This document shows, in pieces, positions 50,544 to 63,938 of a stretch of DNA of 64,000 bases. The notes under the pieces were generated by a model. The model worked only from the letters and a program-made list of their open reading frames with translations. It was not told the origin of the DNA and did not search any database. This DNA comes from Eledone cirrhosa (Eukaryota). The translations under genes were made by a program, and so were the position numbers. The stretch's first letter is position 1. Each line of letters begins with the position of its first letter. The stretch is from positions 31,062,001 through 31,126,000 of the forward strand of contig OZ024747.1 of assembly GCA_964016885.1 (NCBI GenBank), read 5' to 3'.

Positions 50544-51191
50544 TATATATATATATATATATATATATAGTGTAGGTAGTATGATGAAATACTGGTGTTA
50601 GTACCAAATCAAGCACTCTGTTCACAGGCAGAGTGTATATAATAGAAAAAACGAGGAAGTTTTGTTTACATATGAAAAATATTTATTGCGTATTGACCTG
50701 TTACATGCGTTGATGCGACAAAAGATATATTTTTGTTGTGGTATGTGGGCCAAGAAAGTATATATATATGCATCGGCCCTATTTTTTTTTGTGTGGGCAT
50801 TTGTGTGTATTTTGGTGTAATTGATGAGGCTGCAATGCGGGTGTGTATTCACCGATATTCATGTGCATGTTTATTTGAGTGCACAAGCATATAAGGAGTC
50901 GTGTGTGTGCATTTTGGAATGTGTTTTTTTGTCAAAGAATTTTAAAAAAGGGATCGTCTGGTTGTGGATAGTATTTGTAAGATGTAGAAATTCAACAACA
51001 TAAACAGACAGACACAGACATGTATAGACATACCTACATAAATACAATAACATATGCACATATATATACATATATATGTATGTAAAAGGTAAACAGAAAT
51101 AACAACACAATCGGTACAGTGTATATATATATATATGTATATACACATATACATGCACATGCCTGAGTGTGTGCCCATATACACATATAAA

Positions 51192-51662
51192 CAGTGACCC
51201 CATAATCAGAACCAGACAAACTTGGAAACAGAAGGCAACCTGGAGAAGATTGATCTGGAAGCTGAAAGACCCCTCAGCCAGCAACAGATTTAAAGATATC
51301 TTACTTGACACCTATGACAGTAAAGAAAACCAGGGAGAGACAGTCAATGTAGAAGAGCACTGGGAGTTCCTAACAAATAACTTACTAAAGGCGACGGATG
51401 AGATCTGTGGTTGGAGTAAGACCACAGGCAGGAGGAGAGTGACTTGGTGGTGGAACAATAAGGTAGATGAGGCAGTTAAGGCTAAGAGACAGGCATGGAA
51501 AGAATGGAAGAACAGGGGAAGCAGGGTACCTTACATAGAGACCAGGAGGGAAGCTAGGCGACAAGTATACTTATCGAGAATGGAAGCAGAGGATAGAAAA
51601 TTCAAGCATGTTTTTCAGCATGAGGACCAGAAACGGGAGGTGTTCAGGTTTGTGAGGCAGTG
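51192..51662 (+). mobile_element. RTE family B internal fragment (EN-RT linker)
   Basis: TWKQKATWRRLIWKLKDP...RRVTWWWN...QKREVFR; homologous to the reverse complement of 49575-50030. Confidence 0.88.
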
Positions 51663-53280
51663 AATGTCCTCTCACCCAATGACCTCAAATTAAGACCTAT
51701 AATAGCAGGTCCCACTTGCAAAACCCACCGCCTCAGCAACTTCCTTGATATCCTGTTAAAACCTCCCTGAAACACATTACCCTTGATATTTTCAAACACC
51801 TCCCCAAAACACTTAATGAACATACCCACTAGTGTCTTTTGATGTAGTCAACCTATATTCCAATATCCCACACAACCCAGGAATAGAGGCAATCCAATTC
51901 TGGTTAGAAAATTACCCCCAATGAACTACCACACCGCATCATAAAAGAATTCGCAATAGAAGGGCTCAAATTTATCTTGGAGAATAACTACTTCGAATTC
52001 GATGCCAAATTCTACAGACAGAAATCTGGGACTGCCATGGACATGAAAACGGCCCCCTCTTACGCCAACCTTGTTATGGGATACTTGGCAATCACCCTCT
52101 ACCGAAAAGTACTAGATAAATAAGGAAATTCCTTCTAACTCCACAGAAAAAAAACTGGAAAAAATATCTGGATGATTGCTTCATCTTCTGGCATGAACGT
52201 AAGGAAATACTTATTGAATTTAAAACACTTCTAAATGGACTTAACACAAACATTCAATTTACAATGGAATACAGCCATCAGCAACTTCCTTTTCTGAACA
52301 CTTTTATAAAGAAAACTAACAACAAAATAGAAACAGACATATACTATAAACCCACAACTCATGCCACCCAAGACACACTAAAATAAACATCCTTTAAACC
52401 TAGCCAAAAGGATCTGTACAACAGTATCTGATAGGAACACCGGCTACATACGACTAGAAGAATTAAAGTACACACTCATTAGCAGGAACTACCCACCACC
52501 ACTAATTAACAATGGATTCCAACGTGACCTAAAACTCGGTATCCAGGAACTTAGACATTCCAAACCAAAGAATGAATCGAAACTGAAAACTCTACCATAC
52601 ATCTCCACACACAACCCCTTTAACAATGAGGCCTTCAACACCATCCTCTTTACTAAAAAGAGACCCAAGAATGTATCAAATCCTTCAAACGCACAACATT
52701 ATAAAGAGCAAAAGACAACCCAAATCAATGAAAAACAACCTTACACAGGCCAAAGATCAGCCGACCTTAACAATGAACCCTACAGTAAAATAATGCGGAA
52801 GACCCAACTGTGGTATATGTATCAACCTAATCAAGGGATCAGAATTCTACTTCAAACAAGGACAACCTTTTACAGTTAAATACAATTTCACATGCACATC
52901 AGAAAATCTGATTTATATGTTGACTTGCTTGGGTTGACGAGAGCACAACATAGGACAGACTAAAGACAATCTTAGTCAATGTATGACCGTTCATAAATCC
53001 CAAATTAAAATACGGGAATACAGAAAAATAGTACCGAGTAAACACATTGTAACCCGCACCTCTAATGAACACTCTAACTTCAGAATTTTTCCCTCTACAA
53101 ATTCAAAGACAACGCTTCCTACATCCAGCAAGGAATCACACTTTATTGCTAAATACGAATCCCTTCTAAATGCACCTACTTCAGATGAAACTATGGAGAT
53201 ATAAAAGATACAGAAGCAAAAACCAATCCAAACCAAAAAGTGAATGTGTTTTATTATTATTTCTGGCAATATTATAATAA
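51663..53280 (+). mobile_element. Penelope-like element (RT, Cys linker, GIY-YIG), 5'-truncated and decayed
   Basis: Manual translation gives LRPIIAGPTC, LVSFDVVNLYSNIPH, ILENNYFEF..FYRQKSGTAM..APSYANLVMGYL, KYLDDCF, IQFTMEY..LPFL, TDIYYKPT, CGRPNCGIC and FTCTSENLIYMLTC..HNIGQT. Many stops. Confidence 0.88.
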
Positions 53281-53299
53281 TATGACCCTCCACAAATAT

Positions 53300-53331
<32 letters not shown>

Positions 53332-53517
53332 CGTTTCAGAATTTGTTTAGCAAGATTCTTTATCTGAAAACGTGTGTTGAAACCGATATTGTTATACTTT
53401 GGGAGGGTCATGTTGCCAATAAGAAACACACGCACCAGTTGCTTTCACTTCAATTTAATTTATTATAAATTTCCGGTTGGTTGGTTGGTTCCACAACTGG
53501 ACGGTTGTTCATATATT

Positions 53518-53560
53518 GCCAGAGTTCTTTCGTCACACATTCTGTGGCCTCTTCAGTGAC
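53518..53560 (-). ncRNA. Minimal type I hammerhead-ribozyme-like motif
   Basis: GUCA-CUGAAGA-GGCCACAGAAUGUGUGAC-GAAA-GAACUC-UGGC: core boxes, stem I with a G-U pair, CUC cleavage triplet. Confidence 0.5.
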
Positions 53561-53647
53561 TGGGGATTCTTTTCTTTGTTTTGTGCCTCTCCTTTGTTCT
53601 GTCCTATGCCAAGGAGAGGAGAGGCACAAAAAAAAAAAGAATCCCCA

Positions 53648-53690
53648 GTCACTGAAGAGGTCACAGAATGTGTGACGAAAGAACTTTGAC
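53648..53690 (+). ncRNA. Minimal type I hammerhead-ribozyme-like motif
   Basis: GUCA-CUGAAGA-G-GUCACA-GAAUG-UGUGAC-GAAA-GAACUU-UGAC: stem I GUCA/UGAC, 6-bp stem II, one extra G after A9. Confidence 0.5.
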
Positions 53691-54000
53691 AATATATGAA
53701 CAACCGTCCAGTTGTGGAACCAACCAACCAACCGGAAATTTATAAATTTATAATTTAATTTATAATAAATTAAATTGAAGTGAAAGCAACTGGTGCACGT
53801 GTTTCTTATTGGCAACATGACCCTCCCAAAGTATAACAATATATATATATATACATATATGTGTGTGTGTGTGTGTAGACTTTGGACATTCAGGAAACTA
53901 TCAAATGGCAGCTTAAATGCCAAGAAAGAAAGCAATATATGTGTATAGAGAGAGGGAGATAGATAGACATAGAGAAAGAAAAAGAGATAGCTTGAGAGAC

Positions 54001-54031
<31 letters not shown>

Positions 54032-54261
54032 TAGACAGTGAAAGACAAGCATATATATATATCTAGAGAGAGATAGGCTGCATCAGGTACAAAACTGTTT
54101 TGCTTTGTTTTGTGTTTTATGTTGTTTTTTATATTTATATTTTCATCTATCCTAGGAGATTGCCTTCTCAGCAACCACATTATAAGCACATCTTTTTGAC
54201 AAGTTGAGCAAATGCTGGCAGTCAGGAAGATGCAGGAGAATACACAAGATATTTATCAAGC

Positions 54262-54492
54262 TTGATGATAATAATGATGACAATGATGATATTGGTTATG
54301 CTGGTATTGATGATGATGATGGTGATGGTTATGATGGTAGTATTGAAGATGATAATGATGATGATGGTGGTTATGCAGGTGATGGTGTTGATGATGAGGA
54401 TAGTTATGATGATGGTAGTTATGCTAGTGGTGTTGATGATGATGTTACTTATGTTGGTGGTGATGGTGAAGATGATGGTTATATGATGAGGA
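54262..54492. repeat. Degenerate (GAT/GGT)n tract
   Basis: Read directly from the sequence. Confidence 0.9.
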
Positions 54493-54842
54493 TTAAGCTA
54501 GTGTTTAACTTACACATCTTAAGTAAGACAGCAATGTCGATAGGGATAAGGAAATAACCTATAATTTATATTGTGGGGAGGGAGACTTAAATACAAGAAA
54601 GGAAACGAAATTACACTTACATATGCAATATATTTTTCTTTTAAAAGAGAGTAGTGCTGTTATATTTTTGACATTTCAGTGATGTTCAGTTTAATATATA
54701 GTAGACTAAGCAAGATTCTTTATATTTTTCTGTCATATCATTTCCATTTGAATTAATCTGATAAATATATCTGCCAGGTAGTCCTATCAAACCAATAGAC
54801 ATTCAATGAAACAAATGGTGGGGATGATGATGTTTATAATGA

Positions 54843-55032
54843 TTTCTGATTTAGGCACAATTTTGGAGGAGGGGGAAAGTAAAATAAATCAATCCTAGTG
54901 GTACTTTATTTCATTGACCCCGTAAGGATGAATGGCAAAGCTAACCTTGGTGGGATTTGAACTCAGAAATTAAAGAGACATAACTATATACTGCAAAGCA
55001 TGTTTTTTTACACTACTGATACTGCCAATCCA
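54843..55032 (-). mobile_element. tRNA-derived SINE, family 1
   Basis: TTTCTGATTTAGGCACAA...GACCCCGTAAGGATGAA...GGGATTTGAACTCAGA...GATACTGCCAATCC. Confidence 0.75.
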
Positions 55033-55333
55033 TGACATTTGATATTGATGTGGATGATGATGACGATAATGACTGACCAAGAGTAGGCATGCTAGCATGT
55101 TTAAGACTTCAAATGTCTTTAACTCTAAACATCCTGTAATGATTTCACAGAAATATCTAAAAACTGATTTGTTAATTCAAATGTTTATAGTATCATTACT
55201 AGTAGACACATTTCTGTAAAATATTGCAGTAAACTAAAGTCTTCATTGTTTAATGTGATACAATCACAGTGCTGTTTTTTGTACTTTTCAAGAATGTTTT
55301 GTTAATATGGTTTCATGCATTACAATACATTAA

Positions 55334-55569
55334 CCCTTTAGTTACCAACTCAGCCAAAACCGGCTCTGGTTCTATGAAATAAAACCACCCATTATAAATG
55401 TTTCCAATTTAAATTAAAATCTTCCAACATAATTTTGTATAAGAACCTTATGTCAAGTTATTATTTTAGTAATGAAATAATTAATAATTTTAGTAAATCC
55501 CTCAAAATTCTTCATTAATTAATTCATTAAAATAGAGTGTATTTCATTAGAAATGTGGTCATGAAAGGG
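55334..55569 (+). mobile_element. piggyBac-like non-autonomous element (TTAA-flanked)
   Basis: TTAA|CCCTTT...AAAGGG|TTAA; third copy in the window. Confidence 0.7.
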
Positions 55570-57891
55570 TTAAGTGTTTTATATGACTAAATCAAATTTT
55601 TTGAATGATGTGCTAAAACATTTTAATGTGCTGCTACTAATCTCATCTAAGGGGTGTCACAAATTTAAGTAAATTTGACCAAAATTTTATAAATATTATG
55701 TTGTGAAGTATATATGAGGTTTGACAACTCTACATATAATTACACCTGTGACTGGTGAAATGTTATATAATAGCTGATTTTTCACTTAATGTGTCATGAA
55801 TTATTTAATTTTTAAAAGCATGTTGCCAATATGAAAACTTTGCAAAGATCTAACTTTAATGTTTTTAATCAGTTATGAAAAAGTATATATATTTTCTTTA
55901 GGAATAAAACATAAATGTCAATATTCAGGAGCAAGGCAATTTCTCTTATGTTGGCGCCAAGAAAAATTCAGCTAGGATATTCTGTAAAGAGGTTAATTAT
56001 CAAACTGAGACAACTTAAAGTAGAGTAAGCCCTTTAATCTAGTCAAGAACATGACAACTCTCCTACGTGGTAGTGGCATGTTAAAATGTACCCAGTTTAC
56101 TCTGTTAATTTGTTGCCATTAGTAAGGTCATCCAGCTGCAGAAAGCATTCCAAAATTTGGAATGTATGGAGGAGACATGGTCCTTCAACCCATCTAGGAG
56201 GGCAATAACTAATTAATAGAGCTGAATTGGATTGTAAAAAAAATGTTTGTTCCATGCTTACATGGAAAGTGGACATAAAATGAGGCTGCTACAGATGTTC
56301 CTGTTGCTGCTGCTTTACATTTACACTCTTTTTCTGAATGATCAGTTTGATTTTCATCATTAATAGCTGTTTAATTCCTTTAATATGTACATCCTGTTTG
56401 GTACTGTGATCACGTCCAGGAGTGAGACATTTGACGGGGATCACTGATAAAAATAATTGATTAAAATGCAGTTGAGATGCAAATATTAAAAGCTACAATA
56501 TTTTAAATGTGATGTGTTTGAAGATAGTTTTGTTTTTAATAACCTGATACAAACCAATATGGAAAATTCTTTAACATGAATGAGTAACCTGTTTATTGCC
56601 CTGGGATAAAAACTGCATTTACATAAGAACTAGTGAGGATGCATCAATGCCGAGAAAAATAATGATTATTTAATTTTATATATCCATATGTATGTAACTT
56701 ATATAACTTTATTGGTTTAAGACTTAATCCTTTCGTTAACATAATTTTAATGAAAGACACTACTTGGTTTTCAAATGATTTTCAAATAATCAAGAATTTT
56801 ATAGGATTTAGTCATATCACTGACCTTTTCATTATCAAGCTGGTGTTTGGAATATAACTTAATAAATTTGGTAACAGGCACTGTATCCAGGTGTCGAAAA
56901 CTTGCCAAACAAAGATTAAGAAGACTTTTCATCTGTGTCAAAGATATGTTATAACTGAGGAGTCTTTTTAATCTTGTTTAGTAAGTTTTCTGCAACCTCC
57001 TATTGCTGGTATGAATATGATAAAATATATCCTTACTAGCAGGGAACACAGATGTTAAATTATGATGATGATGATGATAAGTTAAATATGAGCTGCATGA
57101 TTTAATGAGGGAATCTTTACAGAGATAAGGAAACATTTTTAGTACCAGGTTGCATTCCAAGGTTATAAGATCGTGTGGGTAGATGATGAGAAAAGTATGC
57201 ATTTTTAATTTCATAAATTCATAGATATGCAACTTAGATTAAATTACTAATTTGGTCTTAAGGCTAAAACCATTCTATTCTTTATGACATTTTAAATCTC
57301 ATATGGAAGAGAGATTAAACTTGTTCATATATTTATCTATCTTAATTATAAATTGGTCAAACATACAGAAAAAGAAAACAGCATTTAAAATGCCATAAAT
57401 GAGAGGAAAATATGGGGAAGAGCAAGGCCTATTAGACATATCATATTTGAAAAAAAATCATATTTGAGATAAAATATGTCTTTCATCCTTATAGGGTCGA
57501 TAAAATAAAGTACCAGTAATGCACTTGGATCAATTTAATCGACTTTTCTTCCCACCCAAAATTGTTGGTCTTGTGCGAAACCATTACTTAACTCCAGGGC
57601 AGCCTTGGTGAAGCAAACTTTTGAACTAATCCCAGCTGTAACCATCCTGTTTTATCTTAGACTATATTACCCAATATGTCATTTCATTTTTCTTTTTTCA
57701 AATATCTGGCAACAACAGATATTCTTTCTAGCATTCTAGACTTGGAAGAAGGAAAAAATGAATTATATTGACCCCAACACTTGACTAGACGAAAGGCAAA
57801 GTTAACCTCAGTTGGATTTCAATTCAGAAGGTAAGGTGCCAAAAAAAGAAAAATACCATAGGGCATTTCCTCAATTCACCTCCATATTCAT

Positions 57892-57903
57892 AGCAGCAGC
57901 AGC

Positions 57904-57961
<58 letters not shown>

Positions 57962-57980
57962 ACGATGATGATGATGATGT
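57892..57980. repeat. (CAG)n(TAG)n(GAT)n compound microsatellite
   Basis: Read directly from the sequence. Confidence 0.95.
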
Positions 57981-58079
57981 GATAGAATGATTGAGGTAAG
58001 AAGGCCAAACATTTTAGTTGTGAAGAAGAAGAAAAAAGTGGCCTAAATTATATCTGTACCAGGAGACGGTAGAGTGAAG

Positions 58080-58395
58080 GATAAAGAACATGAAAGATGG
58101 AGAGGTATGACTCACTGAAGAAGGATGTTGGAAAGTTGTGGGAGATGAAGAAGGTTTTAATGATTCCAGTGGTGATTGGAGTTTCGAGGACTATGTAAAT
58201 AGAATCAGAAATGATGCAAAGTTACATGTCATGCAGAAGACAGAATTTCTTGGTGCAGCAAGGATTTTAAGGAAAGTCTTTATGTAAGACACAGGAGAGG
58301 ATGCTGTGAAGGACCTTTGTCAACTTGTTGTTGGCTGCTACCTAACAGATATATCCAGCTCGTTTAACATCTAAGTGTCTGAGATTTACAAAAAT
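58080..58395 (+). mobile_element. Old R4/Dong-like 3' remnant
   Basis: KMERYDSLKKDVGKLWEMKKVLMIPVVIGV...MQKTEFLGAARILRKVL parallels the C-terminus of 23023..23913. Confidence 0.65.
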
Positions 58396-59094
58396 TAACC
58401 ATAATTGGTTAATGGTTTCTTTATTTAATTCTAATAACAATAACAACAAAAGTTCTCAATGTATATATAAAACAATTGCGTTAACTTCACCATTAATAAC
58501 ACATCATAAGGAAACTTTATGTGGTCTATTAACCTGCTAGAAATAGCCAAATCTGCTTAAGATCGCAGCCCAACTTTCATATCTTTTTTACATAATTTAG
58601 AAGAGAAAAGGTAATGCCCATGATCTTTTTAAGTGACCACGAGACTGTTGGAAAAAAGAAAGGTAACCCTTGACTCAATATATGGCCCAAAAGATTACAA
58701 TAGAGAGGACATGCAAAGGTCAAGTGCTGGCGTTAAACCAAGTAACAGATTAGGTCTACTCTCTCATTTTAAGTATAAAAAAGACACATTAGATAACGTA
58801 AGCTTAGGTACCCTTAAAGCTTGGATGATCATAGCTAGAATGACTTATAAAAATGTACCGAATTTGCATAGTCATTAATATATATTATGTATTATTCATG
58901 TTGAATCTCGGCAATTTCCCTTCAAAGCCTATTAATGTCAACTTTGCCTTTTATTCTTTTGATACCATTAAAAGTGTACCAGTCTAGTACTGGGGTTGAA
59001 TCTTCATTGATATCTCTTTCTTTCTCTGAAAGAAACCAGTTGTCTTTCAGCCTGGTAATGGACTTTCTACTTCTAAAGTCTGTCTTGAACCTGA

Positions 59095-59262
59095 AGGCTC
59101 ATCAGGCCAGTGCTTACTTTGATTTCCATGGTGTGAAGTGACTGAGAATAGAAGACTTCTCACTGAACAGGATGCCAGTGCATTACAGGAATAAACTCCC
59201 CAGCTATTGCAGTTACTTTTTTCAGCTAATTATACAGGAACAACATGAAATGAAGTTTTTTT
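59095..59262 (-). mobile_element. SINE family 2 fragment
   Basis: GGCTCATCAGGCCAGTGCTTA...GTGACTGAGA...CAGGATGCCAG...CCCCAGCTATTGC. Confidence 0.65.
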
Positions 59263-61506
59263 CTTGAGTATTTTTTTAAAATTACAGTTCCAAACATACT
59301 ACTCAATCAAAGCTGACCTGGGGCTAAACAACAGTAACAACATTTTCTCTTACAACATCAACACTCATCAACATCTTTACAAAATACCCACTAATAGCAT
59401 AATTTAAAAAAAAATATTATAGATAGCATTCATCCATTCAAGGACGATAAAAACATGTACACATCTAGTACTGGGTCGATTCTTATTCTAAAACTCTTTC
59501 TCATTTCTTCTCTCACTTTCTATCTTTCTCGGCAAGAAAGCTGCTAAATTTTAGACATGGTGAGGAGATGGATGCTGCCAGGTTTAAATGCCCTAAAGAC
59601 GCTACATGTCAATGTGGCACTCCTACAACTCCAGCAGGAGTTACGGGACTAAAGAGAGAGAGAGAGAGAGAGGGGGGGGGGGAGAGCTTGTTAGCACTTG
59701 TATCAAGTTGAGTTCTAAAGCTTGGTTTTGATTCTCAGTTGAAGTATTACTTAACTTCAGATCACTAGTGTCTCCAAGAAAAGCATAACACTAAACAACT
59801 TCTTTCTTTCCTCTGTAGGATTTTATCTCAGAAAATAGAATGACAAAACTAAGTGCTGCTTGACAGTTGTTAATTTGCAGCATTGAACCACCAGATTTAC
59901 CTTTCAAATATGTCACATAGCATCAGCATAGATTATGTGATAATTAGATGAGTTATTTAAAATTCTCTTTGGAAATAATTGCAAAATTTTTTAAAATCTT
60001 TTTTTCTAAATTGACAATTTTATTTTTTATTTATCAAAGTAAAAATATACATATACATTCTATGCCTACTTTGTCTTGATGAGCTTGGGTCTAGAAAATT
60101 CGAATATTAATTTTTTAAATTGCTTGCTATCAAATTTTCCTTATTTTCTAAAAGTTCATATAGCATAATTTCTAGATGCTATGACTAGCAAAAGATAAAA
60201 CTAAAACAACTAAAAGAGAATGAAAATATATTTTTAATTGTCATTTCTTTATAAAGCATACTTCATAGAAATGAATGTAGGGGGAGAGGGTGAAGAAAAC
60301 ATCATCTGTGGAGACTGCCTGCTGTGTGGTAATTAGAGCATATTAGTTACAATTCAAATTTAAACAAGGCAGCAATTTGTGTCGACAACAGAATATTCTT
60401 TCTCCAGTGAAACCATGACAAAGAATAAACCAAAAAATTTTCTTTTTGGACATGTAAGCTGTTATTAACAAAAATAATAACTTTTGTGAGGATACAAGGA
60501 TAATTTTCTGTTAGCAGAATATGAATACATAGCCAATATTTCTAAAAGAGAAATATTATTATTTATCATATTTTATTTTATATCCCAATTTGTGAACAAA
60601 TTGGTTACAGGTTTCCAACGCAACATAGCAATCACTGGTTCACTGCATCTCTGACAGCAAGTGTGACAAGGAAGTGTCATCAGGTTTTTTTTTCAAATTT
60701 TTTGTTTCTTCTGAATGTTTACATCCTTTGCTGATTAGGCATCAGCAAATCAGGTACACACACACACACTCACTCATACACAAACACACACACACTCTCT
60801 CTCTCTCTTATACACACAAACCACTCTTGCACATGCACACACTCTCACACATTCACATAAAACAAACACACACACAAATACTCACACATACACACACACT
60901 CTCTCTCTCATTCAAAGAAAGGAAAAGCAACAAATGGCAGAAACATCAGAGCGACAAATAGGAAGTTTGTTCACTCTGTGATGTCAGTTCAAATCCTGCC
61001 AAAGTCTGCTTTGCCTTTCATCCTTTTGGGATTCATAAATAAAGTATTCATCCAGGTAAGTGGGTTAATGAAATTATTAGAAGGCCAGGTGAAATTTTTT
61101 GCAGTATCTGTTCTAGCTATTTGTATTTTGATTTAAAATTCCACCCCCTTATACAAGACTCCTTGAGGAGGAAAAGATCAGATCTGTTAGGAACTGGCTA
61201 ATGATAAGTCAAATGGGGGGACATAACTAGAGTAACATCTTGCTTGCATCGTTGCAAACACAAATGAAGCTTGCAATGAAGCAGGATCAATATTAAGACA
61301 GATAAGATATATAGAGAGCAATAAATGATTGATTTCAAAAAGGCAGTACAATGTGATTGAATTACATAAAGAGCTTTAGCCAGTATATTTGAACATATTT
61401 CAGAGCTATTACTCTCTTTTCAAATGTAAAAACAAACGATCAATGTGTTGTTGCCCAACTGAGGAACAAACACTAAGTAATGTAATAAGACAAATTAATT
61501 ACTACT

Positions 61507-61701
61507 AAGGGCGGTGAATTGGCAGTATCGGTAGAGGGTTGGACGTAACTATGCTTTCTAGCATAGTTACGTCCCTTTACGGTTTGAGTTCAAATCCCGC
61601 TGAGGTTAACTTTGCCTTTCATCCTTACGGGGTCGATAAAATAAAGTACCAGTAATGTACTGGGTAATTGCTGGCCTTGTGCCTAAAGTAGAAACAATTA
61701 A
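61507..61701 (+). mobile_element. tRNA-derived SINE, family 1, with probable target-site duplication
   Basis: Full body with A and B boxes; AATTAATTACTACT on both sides. Confidence 0.85.
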
Positions 61702-62014
61702 TTACTACTCAGCATTCTATAATTCCTTTCAACTCACATTTTAATACTTAGAAGAGTAACCCCCAAGACCTTTGTAAGGGAACTCAAGATTGTTGGAAAA
61801 AAGGCAGAAAGTTAACTCTGATAACTGATGTAGCTTGAATGTTTGGAACTTTTACTTTAATGACATATGAGTACTTTGTTACTTCAAAAAACTAATGTAT
61901 GTCACCTGCTTTTTCATCCTTACCTGTGTTAATTTCTTGTGATATATCTCACATACAACATCACTTTCTTCTCATAACAAAGAGTCCACTATAGCTCACA
62001 ATGTTTGCAAATAA

Positions 62015-62230
62015 TAGTTTCTGATTTAGGCACAAGGACACTATTGGGGAAGAGGAACGTGGATCAAATTTACCCCAGTGCATTACTGGTACTTTATTTT
62101 ATTGACCCCGTAAGGATGAAAGGCAAAGCTAACATCGGCGAAATTTGAACTCAGAACATAATGGGCTGTAACTCTATGCTGCAAAGCATAGCATCTGACA
62201 TTCTAATGATACTGCCAATCCACTGCCCTT
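62015..62230 (-). mobile_element. tRNA-derived SINE, family 1
   Basis: Reverse complement of the family body, ending GATACTGCCAATCCACTGCCCT. Confidence 0.8.
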
Positions 62231-63399
62231 GTTTCAAATAATGAAATGTTGTTTGTACTGTTATTGCTGTTTGTATTATATATGATTTAAATTTATGTTC
62301 TCTACATTGTTCGTTTTTGCTTTCCATTGTGCTAATGTAAGCACTGTTTAATTTTCACATTGTATTTGTTTTACTTTCTTAAAATCTATATTCATGTTTA
62401 AATGTAATTGCGAAGTGTCTGTTTACATTAATGAGGCTACTGCAAACATCACTGTAGCAAATACCTCTTCCTGCTTCTTCTGATTTAGGCATCATTCAAT
62501 GTATTAAATATCATAAATGTACCAAGTTTATAACTGGTAAGAGTACAATGATTAACAAACCTTTTTTCCACACCCAGAATAATGTGGTGGACATAAAAAT
62601 ATTCTGAAGACTTTTGCTGGTATAACAAACCAAAACCAATCTTTTTAATAATGTAATCCTGATTAAAATCTATTATTTTGTGGAAGCCCTGACAAAAAAG
62701 ATTATTTCTTTTTGCATCAACAGTCAGTGAAGATAACAATGACAACGATAATAATGATAATATAATAATAGTAGTAGTAGTAACAATAATATTAATAACA
62801 GTAATAATAATATTAATTGTGACACCAAGCTGAAAAAACTCATGAATTCTTTATGTGTCTACATTTGCCCAGAATACAAGAAGACAATGCCATCTGCACT
62901 CTCACTTTTTCATTGCTTTCTAAAAACAAAGGCGTTAAAGGCATAAATGTATTTATGAGTGCACACAATATTTTATGCAATATTCTATTGTTATAACTTT
63001 TCAACAGGCAATCCATTGAATATGCTATACAGCTAGCAAAATATAATAAATAAGTTTCGTTTTCATCTTGTTATTTACAGAATATGACTGATCATATTAT
63101 TATAAGCCAATGACAAATGAATCCTTCTTCCTTCTCGTCCAAGAAAAGAATGAGTAATTACATCTAAATTTAGCATCTTTTAATCTATGTTGTGTGTTAT
63201 TTGGCAATTATTAGAATCATGAGTGCCCTCTTGAAAAGTAATTAATCTTAAAATTTCTTTTTGTTGCAAACAGGATTTCTACAGGTCGTTTTAGGTTAGT
63301 CTCTTTGATATAAAATGATGAACAGCAAACTTAAAATCATCACCAAAAACATGCCAAAGACAGAAACACTATGTAGTTACTCACCCAAATTCCATCATA

Positions 63400-63938
63400 G
63401 AATACCCTACAGTGATATGAATAGTATCTGGCACATTGAAATCTACACCTACTCAGTGGCTGCCTAGCTTTTCTCATATTGCTCCTTCTCACATCAGGAG
63501 ATGTTCTGTGAGCCAGAATTTCTTACTAAGTCCAAGCCCCAAATCACCATCCATGAAAACCTAGAAAACCTCCCCAACATGCACTTTAAATCATGCAAAC
63601 GCTTCTGGGAATCAATAACTTTGATCTGAAGGAAGAGTGGCAAATATCATGGAATAAGTCCAAATTTGTCAACCTTATCCAGGACCCCACATGTAAACAA
63701 GCTGGCTTTGACCTTTCTAGAAAAAAATGGGTGACCCTTAATCAGAAAAATGGAAAATGAAAGACAGCCCATCATGTGATTGTGAGGACCCTAACTAGTA
63801 ATGCATGTTGCCCCCGCAGATGTTTTCCTGGCAGCCGGGAGGCAATCTATAATACTACAAATGATGCCTTAGTCTGGCTCACCAATTTTAATCTGTCTCT
63901 CTAACCATTGAGCATATGTCATACGATAAGAAAAGAAG
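63400..63938 (+). mobile_element. Decayed LINE 3' fragment, Vingi/Ingi-like
   Basis: TPTQWLPSFSHIAP, AGFDLSRKKWVTLN, KWKMKDSPSCDC and terminal CATACGATAAGAA. The clade is recalled from motif resemblance only. Confidence 0.5.

Larger units (their letters stand above)
53386..53841. repeat. Long foldback inverted repeat (~210-bp arms)
   Basis: ATATTGTTATACTTTGGGAGGGTCATG...TTGTGCCTCTCCT is mirrored by AGGAGAGGCACAA...CATGACCCTCCCAAAGTATAACAATAT, with few mismatches and one ~19-bp indel. Confidence 0.95.

Noticed and set aside
54204-54557. Asp/Gly-rich 117-aa ORF resembling an acidic biomineral protein
   Set aside because: Explained by a decayed (GAT/GGT)n tract; no signal peptide or splice support.
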